Source of the DNA: Candidatus Obscuribacterales bacterium
Lineage (GTDB): Bacteria; Cyanobacteriota; Vampirovibrionia; Obscuribacterales; Obscuribacteraceae
Assembly: GCA_965228855.1 (NCBI GenBank)
Contig: CBDDIJ010000002.1
Coordinates: 544,001-608,000, forward strand
DNA: 64,000 nucleotides
Direction of reading: 5' to 3'
The stretch's first letter is position 1; each line of letters begins with the position of its first letter. Under the pieces are notes generated by a model that did not search any database, was not told the origin of the DNA, and saw only the letters and a program-made list of their open reading frames with translations. A program made the position numbers and the translations under genes. Of the stretch, positions 58,557-64,000 are shown in pieces.

Positions 58557-58767
58557 GACAACGACTGCCTTCTGACACAACCAACCCAGCGATAGATCCC
58601 GTAACAACCTACCGTTTCTACACTTAGGGACTCTACTGATCCTTATCTTTTATAGTAGTAAGTCGGGACAACGACTGCGTTTTGACACAACCTACCCAGC
58701 GATAGATCCCGTAACAACCCACCGTTTCTACACTTCGGGACTCCACTGAATCCTATCTTTTATAGTA
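58557..58767. repeat. Imperfect tandem duplication, period 110, each unit ending TATAGTA
   Basis: gacaacgactgc...acccagcgatagatcccgtaacaacc...tatcttttatagta at 58557 and 58667. Confidence 0.9.
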
Positions 58768-58813
58768 ATCAAAATCGGAGGATGACACCCGAGAAGCTGC
58801 TACGATTAGTGCA

Positions 58814-59614
58814 ATGAAGGTTCGTAAGCCCGCTATCGGCTTCCTGACAATATTCTTGCTTGGCATTCTCCCGGCTGTCGCGGAGGACGCGTTCTCATTG
58901 ACGCCTGGACCCTGCATGGACAAGCGCAAGCAGATTGTCACCTATCTCGATAAAGCAAAGAAAGCCGGCATCGGAGTGAAGCCCTACACTGAGGCTCTTC
59001 AGCGGATTGAGGACGGGATAAAAGCCGGACAGAACGAAGACGAGGTCAAAAGGCAGGTCGGTAGCCTGGTTTCGGCACTGGCTCAGCAGGTAAACAACCT
59101 CAAGGTTCTAAAAGTTTCGTCCACGTACAGAGCGATATCCGGCTCGCCGTCAGGTGGTTCGGCGGGCAGCTCAGCAGCCGGTGCGGGCCGCAAAGCTGGA
59201 ACCTCCACGGTTTCTGTTTCAGAAATGGAATCGCATATGTTGTCTCTCGTAAACAAACACCGCTCGGCTGCCGGGCTTGGCGCGGTCGGAGCCAACGGAG
59301 CCCTGGCCGACATCGCAAGAGCGCACTCAGAAGACATGGCGAAACGTGGCTTTTTTTCGCACGTAAATCCTGACGGACGCGATCCGCAGGATCGAGCACG
59401 CAACGCAGGATGGCAAGGCGGAGTAATGGAGAACATCGCGTTCTCGTCAAATCGCGGAGACGGCATCACCACTACCGACTCGGCGGACGTTACGCTGATG
59501 AACTCGCCGCCTCACAGAGCGACAATACTCAACACCGGCGTTACACAGGTCGGAATCGGCATCGCTTATGACGCCACCGGCGGTATCAGGGTCACGCAAT
59601 TATTTTCGCCGTAA
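58814..59614 (+). CDS. Exported CAP (SCP-like) domain protein
   Basis: Signal peptide; LVNKHR, ARAHSEDMA...FFSH, ENIA, MNSPPHRATIL, VGIG. Confidence 0.88.
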   Translation: MKVRKPAIGFLTIFLLGILPAVAEDAFSLTPGPCMDKRKQIVTYLDKAKKAGIGVKPYTEALQRIEDGIKAGQNEDEVKRQVGSLVSALAQQVNNLKVLKVSSTYRAISGSPSGGSAGSSAAGAGRKAGTSTVSVSEMESHMLSLVNKHRSAAGLGAVGANGALADIARAHSEDMAKRGFFSHVNPDGRDPQDRARNAGWQGGVMENIAFSSNRGDGITTTDSADVTLMNSPPHRATILNTGVTQVGIGIAYDATGGIRVTQLFSP

Positions 59615-59707
59615 GAACGGTCGAAGTTGAAACCAGTTTCAATGCTTGTATGGGAAACGGATTCAATTACTAGCTATATAATCCACAGTGAATCACAGGT
59701 CTAAACC

Positions 59708-60613
59708 ATGCCCGAACTGCCGGATATTCTTGCTTACATGAACGCGCTGGAACCGCGTGTGCTCGGACAGACTTTAGAACGCGTGCGCGTTGCCAGTCCT
59801 TTTCTTTTGCGAACAGTCGAGCCGCCACTATCCGCCGCAGAAGGGCAGCCAGTGCGGGAGTTGCGAAGAATCGGCAAACGCATCGCATTGGGTTTCGACA
59901 ATCAGATTTGGCTGGTTCTGCATCTTATGATTGCTGGACGATTGCACTGGCGAGCGCCCGGCGCGAAACTTGGCGGACGACAAAATCTCGCGGCGTTTGA
60001 TTTTGCTGACGGCTCACTAGTTTTGACCGAAGCCGGCAGCACAAGACGCGCATCACTTCAGGTTCTCCAGGGACAGGAAGCACTTGATGAAATCGATCCT
60101 GGCGGAATCGAGGTTTTTGAAAGCGACCTGGAACAGTTTCGACTTGCGCTCACAAACGAGAATCGCACGCTCAAACGGGCATTAACAGACCCGCGCATCA
60201 TCAGCGGAATAGGTAACGCATACTCAGACGAGATTTTGCACGCGGCCCGTTTGTCGCCAATCGTACAAACCGGAAAGCTCACCGACGAAGAGTGGGAGCG
60301 ACTTTACAATGCGACGAAGGAAACGCTGACGCTCTGGATCGAAAGATTTAACACCGAAGCACAGAAAAGTTTTCCTGAGAAAGTGACGGCGTTCCGGCCG
60401 GAGATGGCTGTTCATGGTCGTTATGGACAACCGTGTCCCGTATGCGGAGAGAAGGTGCAACGCATCAGATATGCAGACAACGAAACCAACTATTGCGCTC
60501 AATGCCAGACTGGCGGAAAGCTTCTGGCAGACAGAAGTCTATCGCGCGTAATGAAATCAGACTGGCCAAAAACACTGGCAGAACTCGAAGCACTGAAGAG
60601 ATCACACAAATAG
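59708..60613 (+). CDS. Fpg/Nei family DNA glycosylase
   Basis: MPELPD, R.GK, HLMIAG, SGIGNAYSDEIL, C-terminal CPVC..CAQCQ zinc finger. Confidence 0.92.
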   Translation: MPELPDILAYMNALEPRVLGQTLERVRVASPFLLRTVEPPLSAAEGQPVRELRRIGKRIALGFDNQIWLVLHLMIAGRLHWRAPGAKLGGRQNLAAFDFADGSLVLTEAGSTRRASLQVLQGQEALDEIDPGGIEVFESDLEQFRLALTNENRTLKRALTDPRIISGIGNAYSDEILHAARLSPIVQTGKLTDEEWERLYNATKETLTLWIERFNTEAQKSFPEKVTAFRPEMAVHGRYGQPCPVCGEKVQRIRYADNETNYCAQCQTGGKLLADRSLSRVMKSDWPKTLAELEALKRSHK

Positions 60614-60632
60614 TAGCTACGGTTCTCAGAAT

Positions 60633-61043
60633 TTAAATCTGCTCTGCGTCTTTCTCTTTCAGTTTCTGTTCCAGCTCTGATGGCTCTTCGCGGTTCCTCT
60701 GCACCTTGTAAATCAATCGCTCATGAATTTCTTTGATCTTTTCGCGAAAACTCGGAATGTGGTTCTGGACAGTGTCCCAAACAATATCGTAGTTGACATC
60801 AAAATAATCATGTGTGATTCGGTCACGCATGCGCGCCGCACCGCGCCACTCTACATCAGGATTTTTCTCTCGAATGTCCTCAGACAAATCTTTGATTGCG
60901 TCGCCAATCACCTGCAAATTTCGAACGACAGCATCCTGAATTAGAGGCTTTCCGAAAAACTCGTTCTCACCATCTCTCGTGTATTCCTTGATTTTATCCG
61001 CGCACTCGATTATTTTTTCGAGCCTATCTTTGTCGTCTCTCAA
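60633..61043 (-). CDS. HEPN (DUF86/HepT-like) toxin
   Basis: DAVVRNLQVIG, RDRITHDY (Rx4HxY), VWDT. Confidence 0.9.
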   Translation of the reverse strand: MRDDKDRLEKIIECADKIKEYTRDGENEFFGKPLIQDAVVRNLQVIGDAIKDLSEDIREKNPDVEWRGAARMRDRITHDYFDVNYDIVWDTVQNHIPSFREKIKEIHERLIYKVQRNREEPSELEQKLKEKDAEQI

Positions 61044-61342
61044 AGCGCCACAGCCTCTTTTAAGATTCGCTCTTTGCGCTTCCCGGTCAAGCTGGCCTCA
61101 TCAACAAGGTCTACTTTGACACCGAGGAGCTGCCCGAGTTCGTCTTCCAAATCACCGAGGGCGCCGAAATACTCGAAGCCTTTCAGCGACTCTGGGACCT
61201 TAATAAGTACATCAATGTCGCTCTTTTCGTCGTACTCGTCACGAACGCAAGAACCAAAAATGCGCACGGCGGTTGCGCCATATCTGTTGCAGGCGGCTTT
61301 GATGTCTTCGCGTTTTTCAACAATCAAATCGACGAGAGTCAT
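61040..61342 (-). CDS. Minimal nucleotidyltransferase (MNT) antitoxin
   Basis: IFGS.VR......SDIDVL, KVDLV; 4-nt overlap with HEPN gene. Confidence 0.9.
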   Translation of the reverse strand: MTLVDLIVEKREDIKAACNRYGATAVRIFGSCVRDEYDEKSDIDVLIKVPESLKGFEYFGALGDLEDELGQLLGVKVDLVDEASLTGKRKERILKEAVAL

Positions 61343-61560
61343 CTTCTCTATTCTCCCCGGCCGCTACCAAGTTTGGCTGAACAGCTCACCTTACGTTTCC
61401 ATACCGGTGATCATGAAATCAATCGACAGAAACTCAGCGACTTATCCCCAATGATAACCAACTCGAACCAGGACGTAAAGAGATGGAAGGTCTGGCTCTG
61501 ATCGCCTGATCAAATCGTCCACGATTCAGAACCGTCCGGTCTATCTGGGTTTTGAAATGA

Positions 61561-62259
61561 TCAAAACAGAAGCGCAACAAATGAACGCACCAGATGCGAT
61601 ACCTGCTTCATGGCACCGGGGAAATCGTGATTGCCGGCTTTCCGCTCGCCGCAAAAGTTGCTAACCACTCGCAAGTCAGCATAGTCAACGTTCCTCATGG
61701 CACAGACTTGAGCAATGGCACCGCTCTCCATCGTTTCTATTTTGACACTTGCCCTTCGAACATACGCATCACGAAGCTCATCGGTTCCCGATATTGTCGA
61801 TATGGTTGCAACGTCTCCCTCGTGATCGACTATCGTTTTACAGTGCTGGTGAAGCTCGCTATCCCGCCACACTGTGCTGGTCTTCGCCCATCCGGCATCC
61901 TCCATAGAAATGAAACCGGGCTCGCGATCCAATATGGTGCCTTCATCGAGAAGAAAGTGATTCAGCCCGAGAAACGTAGCTCGAAGTCCGATCGCCGGGT
62001 CATAGCTTCCCGCGACTCCTATGCTGAGAACAGCGCCGTATGTTTCAGAACCAAATAATTCTTTGGAAACTGCAGCAGCCGCCCAGGTTTTACCGACACC
62101 GGTGTGGAGGACTGAAATTCGTTCGTCCAGATCGAATTTTTCCCAGAGAGGCGGCACATCCTGGTCGGGCACATCAAGACCGTTGAACACGGCTTTGATC
62201 TCAATCGGCGACGCCACGGTCAAAAGAAGACGTTTCGACGATGAATATCGGAGCACCAT
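61561..62259 (-). CDS. mqnB: Futalosine hydrolase-like nucleoside phosphorylase family protein
   Basis: TGVGK..AA, IGVAGS, TISTISG, E.ME..A.AQV, LRVVSNFCGER. Confidence 0.7.
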   Translation of the reverse strand: MVLRYSSSKRLLLTVASPIEIKAVFNGLDVPDQDVPPLWEKFDLDERISVLHTGVGKTWAAAAVSKELFGSETYGAVLSIGVAGSYDPAIGLRATFLGLNHFLLDEGTILDREPGFISMEDAGWAKTSTVWRDSELHQHCKTIVDHEGDVATISTISGTDELRDAYVRRASVKIETMESGAIAQVCAMRNVDYADLRVVSNFCGERKAGNHDFPGAMKQVSHLVRSFVALLF

Positions 62260-62283
62260 ACTTCCTCCGGCGAGATGCCATGC

Positions 62284-64000
62284 CTAGTCCGCCGGAGATG
62301 GAGCGGCCTTGCTCTTCTTGTTGCCCATGTTCCAGATGAAGAGCGAGATTCCATACAGAAGCGCTGCAACCAGAAGCAAGCTGCGGATGCCCGTATACGT
62401 AGCCACGTACTCGAGCAGCCCACCAACAACCGCGCCGAGAATATTGAACGCGAGGCCGGCGCTTGGCTTGTCTTCGCTCTTGAACGAGGTCGAGAAAATC
62501 AAACCGGCAAAGAAGATTGGCACCGCCGACAGTGCCGAGGCGATACCTCCTCCAACCCACATTCCGAGGGCTGTGAGCGACTGCAACGGAGTCAGATACA
62601 CCGCCACCAAGGAGCCCAGTAGGCAAGCGTAGAGGACGGGAAGCGACATCAGATTCGGTTTCTTGATTACAAGCAGGTTCGACAAAATTATCGCGGTCAA
62701 CACTGCGAATATGCAGACGGAGTTGACGAACCAGGTTGTGCCGAAGACCAGCGCCAGGCGGTCGATAATCGAAAGCTCAAGCAACAAGAATGCGGCTCCA
62801 AGGAAGAACAAATGCCACCGTCGTGCCAGACTGTTCTTCCTGATGCTTGTTCCGCAAGTCGCCCAGGCAAGAAGCAGAATACAAGCGTTGATAGCGAGGT
62901 AAAGCGGATCGACCGACATTGTCGACAAGTAGAGGAACGGCCAGTCGTCGGTAGAAGAACGAATATCGCCCGGGTCCATATTCGTTTCGTCAGTGTAAGC
63001 GTGATCCTTGACCAGCTCTGGGACTTTGGCAAGCATCTCGGGAGTAGCCGGAGCGAACAGGTGCCAGATTCCACCGTCGTCCTTCTTGACGATCATGGTT
63101 TGCGTACCATCGCCGGCAGCTATGCGAATATTCTTCACAAGCCGCTGCGACAGCCAACCGACCATCTTTTCAGCATCGCAATAAGTGATACTGTATACGC
63201 CACCAGGTGCGACGTGGTCGATTGCGTCCTTCATTCCATCAACAGTGTACACATAATCATCAAGGCGCACAGAGAGTGAATTTCCAGCCACGGTATGCGA
63301 ATCGAGAAACCCGGTTAGCACGAGGTCGTATTTCTTGTCGGGATTCTGGCGCAAAAACGCGCGAGCGTCATTGACGTGTACATGCACTTTTGGTGAGTCA
63401 TATGGATGCTCAGGGTGCAATTCTTTTCCAAGCTCGATCATCTTCGGATCGATTTCTACAGCATCGATATACTCCGCTCCATTTTTAAGGGCAGACGCAA
63501 CATCGTTACCAGTGCCGGCTCCCATGATCAAAACGCGTTTCGGTTTCAAAAAGAAATAGGGAAGCTCATATTGGTCAAAGCGGAAATCCTCGACGCGTTT
63601 GCGCTCCGCGTCGGGCAAGGAGTTGATGAACTCCGGCGATAGGTTTAGAGCCTGTTGAAAATATCCTTTGTTCACAGACACGCGAAGACCCACACGCTTC
63701 GCATCCGGAGCCTTGGGATCGCCGTAGTACTGCGGCGCCACATCGACTCTGTGATAAGGCGACCACTCAATTCGCGGCTTGCCGTTCGGTCCCAGGTCAA
63801 AAACACTTCTCGCCGGCATCAGCGCCACAAGCGCGATCACGCCAACAAGTACGCCCATACCGATTTTCGTCTCACGGAAAGACCAGAGCGCACAGAGGCA
63901 ACCGATGGTGATCCACATTAAAGGCGGAGTTCCGCAAAAGGACAGCACCGAGAAGACGAGGATACCGAGCGCGGAACCGATCAAGTTCACCAAGTACGAC
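62284..64000 (-). CDS. Membrane-bound spermidine-synthase-like methyltransferase-fold protein (5' end outside window)
   Basis: WSPY, VLIMGAGTGNDV, AVEIDP, DARAFL, TDDWPFLYL, FFLGAAFLLLE, NILGAVVGG. Confidence 0.8.
   Translation of the reverse strand, partial: SYLVNLIGSALGILVFSVLSFCGTPPLMWITIGCLCALWSFRETKIGMGVLVGVIALVALMPARSVFDLGPNGKPRIEWSPYHRVDVAPQYYGDPKAPDAKRVGLRVSVNKGYFQQALNLSPEFINSLPDAERKRVEDFRFDQYELPYFFLKPKRVLIMGAGTGNDVASALKNGAEYIDAVEIDPKMIELGKELHPEHPYDSPKVHVHVNDARAFLRQNPDKKYDLVLTGFLDSHTVAGNSLSVRLDDYVYTVDGMKDAIDHVAPGGVYSITYCDAEKMVGWLSQRLVKNIRIAAGDGTQTMIVKKDDGGIWHLFAPATPEMLAKVPELVKDHAYTDETNMDPGDIRSSTDDWPFLYLSTMSVDPLYLAINACILLLAWATCGTSIRKNSLARRWHLFFLGAAFLLLELSIIDRLALVFGTTWFVNSVCIFAVLTAIILSNLLVIKKPNLMSLPVLYACLLGSLVAVYLTPLQSLTALGMWVGGGIASALSAVPIFFAGLIFSTSFKSEDKPSAGLAFNILGAVVGGLLEYVATYTGIRSLLLVAALLYGISLFIWNMGNKKSKAAPSPAD

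Overview
Bacterial genomic window containing a GC-rich housekeeping/metabolic block (about 1-31 kb: NiCoT and BT1 transporters, adenosine deaminase, PepA, GH30, ABC transporter, GTP-PEPCK, oxidoreductases), a visibly more AT-rich accessory block (about 32-57 kb) and a core-like tail (CAP protein, Fpg/Nei glycosylase, HEPN-MNT TA pair, MqnB-like, spermidine-synthase-like). The main finding is a minus-strand locus with this order: mini YD-repeat peptide, giant RHS protein, stem-loop, lanC, lanB, facing a nisin-resistance-like S41 peptidase. The RHS C-terminal cargo, right after the DPLGL autocleavage motif, is not a recognisable toxin domain. It is a 74-aa class I lanthipeptide-precursor-like sequence (FDLDV leader in the nisin register, then ITTIINQLCPSGATCK-(DDG)6-...TSDLC). 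I found no separate lanA, lanT or lanP nearby, which suggests an RHS-carried lanthipeptide. Secondary points: a large protein with an OspF/SpvC/LanKC-lyase-like C-terminal domain plus a small partner gene, a dispersed family of intergenic hairpin elements with CTACTATA ends, a helicase/TPR insert flanked by a duplicated gene 3' half, a tandem NDT/TIR-like ATPase candidate defence gene, and a stand-alone FtsH-like domain lacking HExxH. All calls are from motif reading by eye; no database searches were run.
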